Shown one piece after another: positions 27,201 to 40,244 of a stretch of 64,000 bases of DNA; position 1 is the first letter of the stretch; the number at the start of each line of letters is the position of its first letter. A program made the position numbers and the translations under genes. Under the pieces are notes generated by a model. The model saw only the letters and a list, made by a program, of their open reading frames with translations, did no database searches and had not been told where the DNA came from. The stretch covers positions 58,404,001 through 58,468,000 of the forward strand of contig NC_043002.1 of assembly GCF_006345805.1 (NCBI RefSeq), written 5' to 3'. The DNA is from Octopus sinensis. Taxonomy: Eukaryota.

Positions 27201-29598
27201 AACATCATCTTTTGTCGTCATCATCAACATCTGTAGAGGTACATGGATTAGTGTATTCAGCTTACAATCATTAGGTTGCAAGTTCAGTTCCTAGTGATGT
27301 GTTATGTCCTTGAGCAGACACTATGTTGTGCCAGTACATTCGACTAGCAAAATATGAGCTGTACCAGTAGTTTGATGTGAGTGAAATCCCCTAACCACTA
27401 AGCCATGAATCTTCACAAAAAAACATGCAATTTTCCTGTCAATATATCCACATTTAATATACAAGTATATTTCACAATCAAATCTACAAACTAGCTAATA
27501 AATTAAAAAATAAAATTTTAAAAAATATATCAACACTTATTAGATAATAACAGTTTAATTAAATACATATTCAAATTTGTAAATAAGTCGCTAATTCACA
27601 AAAAAGATGAAACTCAAAACATCAATATTCTTTGGAAAACTCTGAATGGCGTTTGCGGCAAATTTGTCAAGTGCTAAATATTCCCTTCCTTTATCAAACA
27701 TATCTCTCTCCCTCACACACACACACACACGATAGGTTTCTTTCCATTTCCATTTTTGAAATCCACTCACAAGGCTTTGGTTGGGCACTTGGCAAAGGTG
27801 TTGTACAGTGGGACCGAACCCAAAAGCAGATGGTTGGGAAGCAAGCTTCTAAACTTCACAGCCATGTCTGTGCCTATACAAAGCCACACCTAAACGCTGT
27901 GCATCATTTTTTGTCCACTTTCCATGCTGGCATGAGTCAGAGACAATGTCACAATCCGACTCAGTACTTAATCAGTGTTACTGCCCTCCCAGACAGGTCA
28001 GAAGACCATGTCTTGACATACATTTCCTTTTAGACTGGGCTTCTAAAAAGGGATGCCCTTCCTATCATCAACCACCTTACAGATTGTACCGAGTGTATTT
28101 TATCATGACATCAGCACTAGACAAATAATCAGATCTTCAACAAAAATAAAGGCTCTTATCTCTGCTTGTTTGCCAACCACTTCACAAAGTGCATTGCAAG
28201 CATTTTAGCCTGGCACCAACACTAAAGAGGGTGGCTTGTCTTCAAAAAGACTAAAGAGTCCTTCAGACCATACATTGTCTGTACTCATTTATTAACCACT
28301 TTACAGAGTGCACTGGGTATGTTTCATTAGGGCACCAGCAATGATAAGATTATCTTGTTCCTTGTAAGAGTAAAGAGACTTTTTATCATCATCATCTAAT
28401 GCCCATTCTCCATGCTGGCATGGGTTGGACAGTTTGACAAGAACTGGCAAACTGAAGGGATATGCAGAGTTCTACTGTTTGTTTTAGCATGGTTTCTGTG
28501 ACAGGATGACCTTCTTAATGCCAACCACTTTACAGAGTGCACTGGGTGCTTTTTACATGGCACCAGCTCCAGTGGGGCCACCAAATAACTTGCAAGACAA
28601 GAGAGATTCCTTCTGACTGGAAGGATTCATATTCAAGGCAGTGGCTTTGTGCTAGTTAATGAGAGATTGAAAAAATAATAGAGGGATAGAGGTAGGTATT
28701 TTGCTGTAGAAGAGATAGAAGGACACCCAAGTTGGAGAAGGGAGGAGACTTAGAGTGGGAGAGATGGTGGTGGGTGCATGTCATGACGTACCCTCAAGGC
28801 ACAGAGGGCAGTTGCTTTAAATTTTGAAACAGAAATTCTGCAAGAGTTGATAAAATAAATATCAACTACAGACTGGATCCAATTCTATCACAACTACACA
28901 GTCCTTGCTGGCAGGAATTGCCATAGTGCCCATCATCATCATCTAAATGCCCACTTTTCCATGCTTGTATATGTTACATGGAGTTTACTGATGCAGATTC
29001 TCTATGGCCTGATGATCTTCCTGTAGCCAACCCTCACCTGTTCCTCAACAGTTTCCAAGTGAAAGCAGTATTGCCCCAAGGCCAGACATGTTTTTGAATG
29101 CCACTCATTTATATCAATCATGAAATGTCAGACATGGAGACACAAATATACACACACACACATATATATATATATACACATATATATTACAGGCTTCTTT
29201 CTGCTTCCACCTATAACATTCACTCACAAAGCTTTTGCCAGCCCAGGGCTATAGTAGAAGATACTTTGGGAAAGGTACCACATAGTAGGACTGAACCCAA
29301 AACCATAAGGTTGGGAAGCAAACTTCTTAACCACAGAGCCACATCTATTCACAAAAGAGAAATGTATTACCTAAAACCTGAGTAAGAAAGGAGATTCTCT
29401 TCAAAATGGGAAGACATTCCAAATTCTTCAAACCTTCACCACTTAAATATAGAATCACCAATGCGAAACAAGATTCTCAAGACTGGCCTATCTTCCACTT
29501 CCAAAGTCTTTTCTCTTGTAAAATCCTTCTCAATCAACCCAAAATATTTTTCTATGACAAAGGAGATTCGGATAAAATAATATAAGGAAGTTACTTAC

Positions 29599-29792
29599 TG
29601 TTGATTGCAAAAGTATCAGCGAAATACAAGAATCTCACTATGGAGGCCATGGAATCATCCAAACTCCGGGCTTCTACTTGCCTCTCCATTGGTTTTAGTT
29701 CTGGAGATGATGACAAAGGAGATGCACTAGCAGAAGCACCTTCAGCTGGCGCTGTGCCTTCAGTAGAGACTGCTTCTCCACCTTCAATCTCA
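29599..29792 (-). CDS. lgl: Lgl exon G
   Basis: ttgtag/gtaagt; EIEGGEAV...KPMERQVEARSLDDSMASIVRFLYFADTFAIN; phase 2 to 1. Confidence 0.93.
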
Positions 29793-31859
29793 CTACAACA
29801 AAAAAATTAGTAAAACAAAAATTACAAATTAAACCAAATACAAACAACAACAAAAAAACAAAGACAGGCATCTTTCATCTTTTAAACTTTAAGTGATTTG
29901 TGTTTTTAATTTAGTGATTATGCAAATGAACATTAACGATATAAATCAGTGGTGCTCAACTAGGGTCCACATGACCCTAAGGGATCCTTATACAATCTGG
30001 TTAGAATTTATGCACAGTAAATTGTTTATTCTTCTACAATTTCTTTTATTCTTTCACTTGTTTCACTCATTTGACTGTGGCCATGCTGGAGCACAACCTT
30101 TAGTCAAACAAACTGAACCCAGGAATTATTCTTTGTAAGCCTAGTACTTATTCCATCAGTCTCTTTTGCCAAACTGCTAAGTTACGGTGGGGGGCTAAAC
30201 ACGCCAAAATGGGGGGGGGGACAAATACACACACAAATATACATATATATTTATATACGACGGGCTTCTTTCAGTTTATGTCTACCAAATCTACTCACAA
30301 GGCTTTGGTGGGTCCTGGGTTAGCGTTAGGGTTAGAACCATGTAGTTGGGAAGCAAGCTTCTTACCACACAACCATGCGGCACTTACACAAAATATTTTA
30401 ACCTTTTCTTTGTTTTTTTTTTAATACAATTCCTAAAAAAATTTAATTATACAAAATATATTAGGATTTTTGTTTTTTAATGGCTATGAGGGTCTCCAGT
30501 AGAGTAAAATAGGTGTCAAAAGGGTCCTGCTTCACAACAAACATGGTTCTGCTGGGTTCAGTCCCACTGCGTGGCACCTTAGGCAAGTGTCTTCTACTAT
30601 AGCCTCAGGCTGACCATAGCCTTGTAAGTGGATCTGATAAACGGAAACTGAAGGAAGCCCTTTGTATATATGTGTGTATGGGCATTTGTGTGTTTGACAC
30701 CCACCCACCCCAAACATCACTTGTCAACTGATGCTGGTGTGTTTACATCCCCATAACTTAGCAGTTTGGCAAAAGAAACCGGTAGAAGAAGTACTACGCT
30801 TACAAAGAATAAGTCCTGGGGTCAATTTGCTAAACTAAAGGCGACGCTCCAGCATGACCGCAGTCAAATGACTGAAACAAATAACAGAATAGATATTTCT
30901 TAACCTTTTCAAAACACCAAACAAACTCATTACCGAATTTTCTCTGAAGTCAAGAATTTACCATTTTTTTGCCTTCTCAAACATTTATCATGTGTTTAAC
31001 CTTCACACAAGAAATACAAATGCACACCTTCTGTAATTCTAAACATTGTATGACTATATTCAGAGGTGGGCAGGGATGGAATTTTTTTCTCTCACCTACC
31101 CAACAGAGTTGAATTAAATACTGAATGTGTGCAAGCCAATGAGAAAGCCTCAACTCGACCTGCTAAGAAGTAGCAGCCAAACCACCATCAAATCACACAC
31201 CGTTGTCTTCAATAAGTAAACACACATCAAATAATGTAGTCCAAGACATTTAAAAATAGAAATGGATGGTTACAACTGGATAAGATTTTGATCATAGGTC
31301 TGCTCAATTAAGGTTGACCCGGGGGTTAAATAACAATAACAAAACTACAAAATGCTAGGCTTCGCAAAAGGATAAGCCATTAAAGAACCCTTCATCTCTG
31401 ATTAAACAACCCTTGGTATATTCATTTATAGACCTTTGAAATTATCTGCTTTGTTCCTGGTCATCTTTACTATGATGTAATGAGCTTGTTGTTGAGTAGC
31501 ATTCAGGAGTGACATGGCTTGCCAAAAAAGGTGAGAGAGCAGAGATATAAGTCAGGTAAAGAAAGACAGCAAATGAAAGCCAAAACAACATGCACAGCCC
31601 ACAGAATTAACCCTTTTGATACCAACCCAGCCGAAACTGTCTCTGGCTCTGTACTACAAATGGCTTGCTTTCAAAAATTCTGAATTAAAATCTTCCACCA
31701 AACTTTAGTCACAATTTATGTTCCAAACACTAGCTGAATGATAAAGTTATTTTACTAAATTCTTTGTTGTATTTAAAATTAACTGAAAGAAACACAGAGC
31801 ATCTCAAAAGAAATATGGTAACAAAAGGGTTAAACACAAAAAGACATAGAAGAGTCATA

Positions 31860-32050
31860 AAGAGGAACAGGTGTACAGGTACATCAGGGGAAGTATGGAA
31901 TTTTTGAAGAATGCAGAAACCTGACAGCTAACAATACATGCTAGAGGTCTATTCCATGCTTCAACAATTTTGAGCATGAAAAAATGTTCTTGAAAGTCAT
32001 GGGTGTTGTGTTGTTCTTTGATTATATTATAAGCAAGTCCACAAATGGTA
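31860..32050 (-). mobile_element. decayed CR1/L2-like LINE 3' end
   Basis: HDFQEHFFMLKIVEAWNRPLACIVS...FFK resembles the FF..RV...WN.LP..VV....FK terminal motif. Confidence 0.6.
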
Positions 32051-32265
32051 ACCATAGCACATTCTGCCTCATGCACAACACACAAGACGGCCGAAATGTG
32101 TCTGACGTTCTTATCAGTCAATGCTGGGATGATCTTCACATTGTTCTGGTAACATGTCTTTGAAGATAATTTCTCTCCAACAAAAACCACAGCATCTTGC
32201 CTTTCAATGGTGTATATACATTAAGTAAGATAGACAGATGGCAATTTTCATTTACAATTGCAGAG

Positions 32266-32536
32266 TGGAAGGTGCATAAGCCATTTAAGAACACACAAAA
32301 ACTGTTAGATTCACTTCAGCATTTAAATTTAGTTTGTCACAATATAATTTTGTCGCTTTGTGATCATGACCTGTTCACTGACAAAATTCCATCCATAGAT
32401 GCAGCACAGAATTTTGTCAGTGAACCGGTTGCAGTCTCAAAGCGATGAAAATATGTTGACAAACTAAATTTAAATGCTGAAGTGAATCTAACGGGTTTTT
32501 TTTTGTGTTTCTTAAATGGCTCATACACACCTTCCA
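32266..32536. repeat. foldback element, about 125-bp arms
   Basis: gattcacttcagcatttaaatttagtttgtca pairs with tgacaaactaaatttaaatgctgaagtgaatc; inner ctgacaaaattc/gaattttgtcag. Confidence 0.85.
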
Positions 32537-33821
32537 TGCCACAATCGTTTTTGCTTCAGCACACAATCTTAGATCAGGTCACTTGCTATGCAAGTACATC
32601 TTTGTAATCTTCATTTAATACCACTTCAATTACATATACTGAGTGTTTAGTCAGCTACACTAACTTTCCACAATATCAGTGAATGAATGATTTACTGTTT
32701 CCTATATATCGGAGGGGCCAGATTTCATCTAGGCATGTGACAGCCAGGTATACATCATTGACAAGACTCAAGATATGTAGGTTCAACATTTTCCTTACTT
32801 TGAATCAAAGAGAATCACAGCAAATTTTAACAAACTATAGCAAAACTAAATACACAAAAGAAGAGAAAGAATTGTAATAGTTTGCTAAAAGAAGGAATTA
32901 GACACCACTTTGTGCCAATGAACATATAACGAGCATTCAATGAATGATATTGATCACTGATCACCTGCCAATTAACCCTTTTGATAGTAACTTGTCCAAA
33001 ACTACCTCTGCTTCTTTGATACAAATTTCCTGTTTTAAACAGAGCAAAATTAAAAATTTTCCATAGAAATTTCATGTCCCAAACACCAGCAGAGTAAAGA
33101 CAAAGTCAGTGCTGTTTGAAAGTAATCTAAATTAAAATCTATAAAATTTCTATGTCAATCTATGTTCCAGACATTAGCGCAATACTGACAAAGCTATTTT
33201 ACTAAAGGCTTCACTTTTTTCTAAATGTTTTGACACAAAGTCAGAATATTTCAACAGAAATATAAAAATCAAAGAATTAACCCTTTTGGTAACAACCTGT
33301 CCAAAACAACTCGTGGTTCTTTGATAAAGTTTTCAATTTAAATTGATCTAAATTAAAATTACCTAAAAAAAAAAAAAAATCCATATTGATTTATGTTCTC
33401 AACATTAGGTTAATAATGACAAAGTTAATTTACTAAATTCTTCATTAAAAAAAAAAAAAATAAATTGAAAGAGTGTATTTCACAAATAATATGGGAACAA
33501 AAGAAAGAAAAACTAGTCTAAGACATCTAGTCATCAGCTGCTACTAATGAAGCAGAAGAGGACGATATCAGGAAAAGCTGACAGAGGGACCCCATCAAAC
33601 ATCAGATTGAGAAGAAAAGAAAACAAGAGACAAACTGATAATTATTTGGATGAAAGAGTGGACATCACAATTTTTTTAATTCCTCAATAAAATGATAAAC
33701 ACTGCACTTTATTCTCAAATAAATTCTTTAAAAGACACTGCTGACATGAATCTCCAAAGAAAAATTGATTAGTAAATGAAACAACAAAGAGCATGTGTTT
33801 GAATCATTAACACACGCATGC

Positions 33822-33960
<139 letters not shown>

Positions 33961-33977
33961 ACATTCATGCATATATA

Positions 33978-34088
33978 AAATTATAAGGGTGTTGAATAAT
34001 TACAATACCAGTCTGCTAGAAATAGACCCCAAATGGTCTATTTCTAGCAGACTGGTGTTGTAATCATTCAACATCCCTGTTATAATTT
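33978..34088. repeat. hairpin with 22-bp perfect core
   Basis: accagtctgctagaaatagacc (34007-34028) and ggtctatttctagcagactggt (34035-34056), extending imperfectly to about 50 bp. Confidence 0.9.
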
Positions 34089-34285
34089 TAATACAAATTA
34101 ACTATTATGGTATTTTAGTATGCTGGCCACTGACAAATCATTAAATAAGGACTTTATCCTAATTACATATATATATATATATAAAAATAAATATAGGGAT
34201 GGTATTATTAAATACTGTCACAAGTGGCAAGCGAATTATCAGCCATACAGGCAAATTAATAAAACAGATACATACAATATTAGAT

Positions 34286-34480
34286 ATGTACATATATACA
34301 CAAGGGTACTACATGAGCACCTACATCGCTAAAAATAGAAGTCAAAAATACTTCTGTACCACCGAATAGTCACAAATCAATGTAGCAGATTTGTGACTAT
34401 TCGATGCTGCAGAAGTAATTTTGACTTTTATTTTTAGCGATGTAGGTGCTCGTGTAGTGCCCTTGTGTATATATGTACAT
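34286..34480. repeat. about 90-bp-arm hairpin
   Basis: arms 34286-34378 and 34388-34480 are reverse complements with scattered mismatches. Confidence 0.9.
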
Positions 34481-36991
34481 TATATATATATGTACATTAT
34501 ATATATATATATGTACATTATATATATATATATATACATTATATATATATATATATATATGTACATTATATATATACACATATATATATATATACACATA
34601 TATATATATATTTGAAAAAATTAATAGAGATGGTGTGAAAACAGCTACTTGAAGCTCAAAACTCATATCAGAGTAACCCACTTGTAAACATTATTAAGAT
34701 TAAGATAAAAATTATCCCCCCCACCACCACCACCCAAAAAAGGCCATCTCTACTCATTTTTTACAAATATATATAATACTGTACCAAGAACTTTCTTTTT
34801 ATTATTCTACTACTACTACTACTACACACAATAGATAACAATTTAAGATGTCCCCCCCACTCCAACCCACCACACTTAAAGCTAAGGCTCAAACATAAAA
34901 CCACTGGATTACAACAACCAAACTCATCTTTTGACAGACACTACTACCACAACTGTTGTTGCTACTACTACTACTACTACTACATAACAGATCGAATAAA
35001 GCCCCTGATATCCAGAACTGACACACACACACACACACACACACACCTACACTGCTGAAAGGATTAAAAAGATTATTTGATTAGTCATCTGATTAAAATA
35101 AGTCGTTACAATAACCGGCTTTTAAGTAGATTCACAAAGATAAGAACAAACATTATTTCTTCTGCTAAATCTACCGTTGGCGTCAGCAAAACATGCTAAA
35201 GTTTAAAATGTTAACATTAATGGATTTCAAATGATATGCAATGTGGATATTAATTATCTACATAATCAATACTGTTAGTAACAGACTTAGTAAATTGGAA
35301 TTGGTTCATTCTTTTATTCTTTTACTTGTTTCAGTCATAAGACTGTGGCCATGCTGGGGCACCAACTCGAAGAATTTTAGTCAAATGGATCAACTCCAAT
35401 ACTTATTCTTATTAAGCCTGGTACTTCACTCTGTAAAGTGGTTGGCATTAGGAAGGGCACCCAGCTATAGAAACCATACCAAAACAGACTGGAACATGGT
35501 GTGGCTCCAGGCCTTGCTAGCTCCTGTTAAACCATCCAACCCATACTAGCATGGAAAATGGACATTAAATGATGATAAATGAAGGGCTTCCTTCAGTTTC
35601 CGTCTACAAAATCCACTACAAGACTTTGGCCAGCCTGAGATTATAGAGGAAACCACTCACCCAAGGTGTCACATAGTGGCTGGGAAGCAAGCGTCTAACA
35701 AGAAAGCCACAAATAAGACAACCAGAAGTAATCATAAATTTCTCCTGTTACTACAGCAGGAGTGTTTGAATTGATTCTACAATTTGTTTTAACTAACACC
35801 AGTCATTTCTTCAGACTAAATACATCACTGTATGGACCAGGCTATTGGATGTTGTTATACACCAATAGCCACAGTGCATTTGCTCGCATTGTTGTAACTT
35901 TCAGACGATGCCACCCCACTGGCTAGGTGGGCAGGAGACCATCACAGGGTAACCCATTTTCAGCTGTGTGCAACATAAAATGTTTTGCCCAAGAACACAA
36001 TGCACTGCCCGATCCTAGAATTGAAACCATAATCTTGCACTTGGGATTGTAAAACTAACCACTAAGCCATGCGCCTTCACCTGGTTGTATACGGATTTGC
36101 AGGGTAAATATACGCTGGTGACATGTAAAAAGCACGTCTGGAACATTTATCCCCCTCCATGGACAATAACCCATCCCCAAGGACAGCAGATGATGATTTA
36201 AAACTTCTTAATTTATTGGAGGGGGTAATTAACCAAGTAGGGTAATCATCCTAGGAAGTAGTTGTCGTCAGGGGGAACTGTCCAATGAGGAGAGTGTAAT
36301 TGTCCTAGGGATGTAATTGTCCTGAGACGGTAAAAAGTACCCAATACACTCTGTAAAGTGCAAGGGCATCCAGCTGTAGAAACCATGTCACAATAGACAA
36401 TCAGAGTCTGGACAGCTCCCCAGCTGGCCAAGCTCCTGTCCAACACATGTCAGCATGGAAGATGGACATTAAACAATGATGATGATGATGAGAATTGTGT
36501 GGCTATCACAGAAAGCTCCTGTAGAGGACTTGGCTAATCCAATACAGAAGAGTACAATACAAAGTACCAAGCAGCTGAAATGCAGGAGATCCGACCAATG
36601 AAATGATTTCATGAGGAGTATATAAAAAGTCAGGGGTTATGAGAGGTGGGCCGATGACAATACCGCCTGAATGGCACTTGTGCCAGTGACATGTAAAAAC
36701 CAAAGCACCATTCAAGTGTAATTGTTGACAGTGCTGCCTGACTGGCTCCTGTGCCAGTGGCACATAAAAAGCACCATTTGAGTGTAGTCGATGCCAGCTG
36801 ACTGGTCCCATGCCGGTGGCACGTAAAACGCATCCACTACACTCTTGGAGTGGTTGGTGTTAGGAAGGGCATCCAGCTGTAGAAACCTTGCCAGATCGGA
36901 TTGGAGCTTCAGACAGCCTTCTGACTCACCAGCCCTCAGTCAGGCTGTCCAAGGCATGGAAAGCGGACGTTAAACGACAATGATGATGATG

Positions 36992-37047
<56 letters not shown>

Positions 37048-37280
37048 AAGGCGGTGAACTGGCAGAAATGTTAGCACGCCAAGCAAAATGCGTAGCCGTA
37101 TTTCGTCTGCCATTACGTTCTGAGTTTAAATTCCGCCGAGGTCGACTTTGCCTTTCATCCTTTCGGGGTCAATTAAATAAGTACCAGTTACGCACTGAGG
37201 TCGATATAATCGACTTAATCCGTTTGTCTGTCCTTGTTTGTCCTCTCTGTATTTAGCCCCTTGTGGGTAGTAAAGAAATA
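37048..37280 (+). mobile_element. tRNA-derived SINE family 1, representative copy
   Basis: head aaggcggtgaactggcagaa, B-box-like gagtttaaattcc, central gcctttcatcctttcggggtc..aagtaccag; minus-strand copies near 2765-2975, 11010-11222, 22408-22615, 38000-38205. Confidence 0.75.
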
Positions 37281-38714
37281 TGTGTATATATACATATATA
37301 TATCACACATATATATAACCATTTGTCATCACTGGGATTAAGGCCATTTGGCATACTTCTTCATGTAGTAATAATTTCAGTGTAAAATAAATTATATTTA
37401 CATGTCTGCACTAATATGCATCCTATATATTATATAATACAAATTGAAGGCTGTGAATTGTCTGTAATCCCAAGGATGAAAAGTGGTTAAATATATTCAC
37501 TTCTCATACCTTCTGATATTCATGGTGTATGTATGTATATAACATGTAAATAAACAAGAGGATAATGAACTCTGTAACATGTAAATAAACAAACAAGAGG
37601 ATAATGAACTCAAAACAAAACAGAACAATTTTTTTTGACCTATGTACATCAAAGGCAAATTTTTGAAATTAAAATTGGGATTAATTTTTCTTCGAGTCTA
37701 ATCAATTATAACCAATTAACATGGCAATTAGGTTTGTTTCTAGTTATTCTATTTTCAGTTTCAGCAAGAAGCTGTAGCTATGCTGTGAACACCACCATTA
37801 ATGCTAATGTCTGTGCATTTTTAGCACATTTCCAAACCCTTTTTCCAGAATCAGTCCCGGTAAAGTAGGGACTTGGACTGAGATGCCCTTCTTTGTGTTT
37901 CTAGCCACAGTGTGGGTTCATCTGGTAAATCAGATGAAAGGTTATACTCAGAAGAATTTGGTAAAACACATGATACAATCGAAGTTATAACAATGACTTC
38001 AAATTTTGGCACGAGGCCTGCAATTTTGTAGGGGAGGGGCAGTCAAATTACATTGACCCTAGTACTCGATTGGTACTTAATTGACCCCAAATGGATGAAA
38101 GGCAAAGTCAATCTCAGAAGAATTTGAACAAAGAACACTAAGACAGACAAAATGGCACTAAGCATTTTGTCCAGAATGCCAACCATTCTGCCAGCATCCC
38201 ACCTTAAGAACAACAACAACAACAAAAATGTGTAACATTACATATGGAGTGCAGGCTCTCAAAATGGCTACATTTCATAACACCAATTAAATATTAAAAC
38301 TAAACATACAATGTTCTCATTTCTTCAACAAAAGATCCACCCCCGCACAACTCCACAGATTATTATCATCCTTTTTTATATTTATCTTGTCGATCCAACA
38401 GTGTTCGCTCCTGTATTAAACATGTGAAAGCTGATGAAGCACTGCAATTATTATGCTGATGCATAGAAACACAGAGTCCTGACAGTAAATGTGTCATTTC
38501 CTATATGTAAATGTAGAACGATAAAATGAGTGCTCAAGCCTGCATTGGTGGATAAATAATGTCTTTATTTGTGAATTGTTAAGATACTTGTATATTTTCC
38601 TACACTTCTTAACATGAAACCAATGGTCGCCTTAATTCACAAATAAAGAATATATACATATATATACATATCTATCTGTATATATATATACGTGTGTATA
38701 TAGGAGGAGAGTTC

Positions 38715-39150
38715 ACGAAAAAAACAAAAGACGAAGACAGGTGGTGTACAAAACAAACAGATGTATTAGTATAACACTCAGGAATTGAAAAAGTTATTTA
38801 CGTTTCGAGCCTACGCTCTTCTACAGAAAGGAACACAAAGAAACAAAGAAAGGAAAAACTGTGTGTAGTGGCTACCGATCTATCATGGCAACTGTATATG
38901 TGTATATAGATATATGTATATATATATATCTATATGTATATATGTATATATATCTATATACATATACATATCTATATACATAAATCTATATATATACATA
39001 TATATATAGCTGGAATTTACAAAAAACAAAAACAAAACAAAAGACAAAGGCAGGTGTGTAAACAACAAACAGATGTATTAGTTTAACGCTCGGGAAGTGA
39101 GAAAGTTAAGTTTCGAGCTTATGCTCTTCAACAGAAGGGAACACAGAAAT
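38715..39150 (-). mobile_element. two direct copies of a (TA)n-embedded repeat with variant hammerhead-like core
   Basis: CUGUAGA/CUGUUGA-a-gagc-loop-gcuc-GAAAC at about 38795-38830 and 39105-39140. Confidence 0.5.
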
Positions 39151-39160
39151 AAGCTGAGAG

Positions 39161-39208
<48 letters not shown>

Positions 39209-39209
39209 G

Positions 39210-39500
39210 ATGGGAGCACTCCGTCAGTTACGACGACAAGAGTCCCAGCTAATACGATCAATGGAACAGCTTGCTCATGAAATTAACGTGCAAGTGGCTG
39301 AGCACTCCACAGACACGTGTACCCATATTGTAGTTCTCAGGGAGATTCAGCATGACACAGTGTGACAAGGCTGGCCCTTTGAAATACAGTTACTACTCAT
39401 TTTTGCCAGCTGAGTGGACTGGAGCTACGTGAAATAAAGTGTCTTGCTGAAGGATACGGCACCGATCATTAGCAGAGTGCCCTAACCACTAAGCCACGTG
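39210..39500 (-). mobile_element. third SINE-like family copy
   Basis: head gtggcttagtggttagggc, central ccagtccactcagctggcaaaaatgagta; partial relatives near 27240-27360 and 35940-36075. Confidence 0.5.
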
Positions 39501-40095
39501 TTTTCACATACACATATACATACATATACACACACAAACGTCTAACCCAAGCCAGCATGAAAGAATAGACATACGACAAACAAACGATTATGGCTAAAAC
39601 TGTGCTAGGTTTCATAATAGAAATACCACAAGTCAGTTGCTGATCTATTGCCATAGACTGCATTAATGTGTACAGGGAAAATGGTGTAAGAAATGAACAT
39701 TATCGCTGTGTCTTCTTTGTCTATTTCGTTTGGTGAAGCTGGAATATAAAATGTCTACCCGACCCTGTTCAATATTTGCACTCATTACAGAACATCTTAG
39801 AATTCTATAGTTGTGAGGTGAGGAAATTATAATTATGTAAACCATTTATGTTGGTCTGATTGGTGCTCACCTCATCTTGATTCTTGCTTTTAGATATTTT
39901 GGCTGTTGTGTGCGCCAACCTTCTTCAGGTGTCCAATACAACTGAATTCAACACAAGAACTCTGAGGAAGGCTGGAGCATGCAATAGAATCGATGCCAGT
40001 CAGACTAACATAAACTGTAGACATAATACAGAACATCTTCTGTATGTGCGTGAAATACAGCAAGACATGCATGCATGCACACATACACACAGATA

Positions 40096-40176
40096 TACAA
40101 GGTATCCATAAAACATCTTTACAAATCTTACACTTCCAGACATTAAATTGTAAAGGCAACTTATGGACACCCTGTA
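40096..40176. mobile_element. 81-bp Tc1/mariner-type MITE
   Basis: TA-flanked TIRs tacaaggtatccataa..ctttacaa and ttgtaaag..ttatggacaccctgta. Confidence 0.6.
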
Positions 40177-40190
40177 TGTGTGTGTGTGTG

Positions 40191-40244
<54 letters not shown>

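Noticed and set aside
37048-37130. tRNA-like A and B boxes
   Set aside because: These are SINE heads with no full cloverleaf, so no tRNA gene is called
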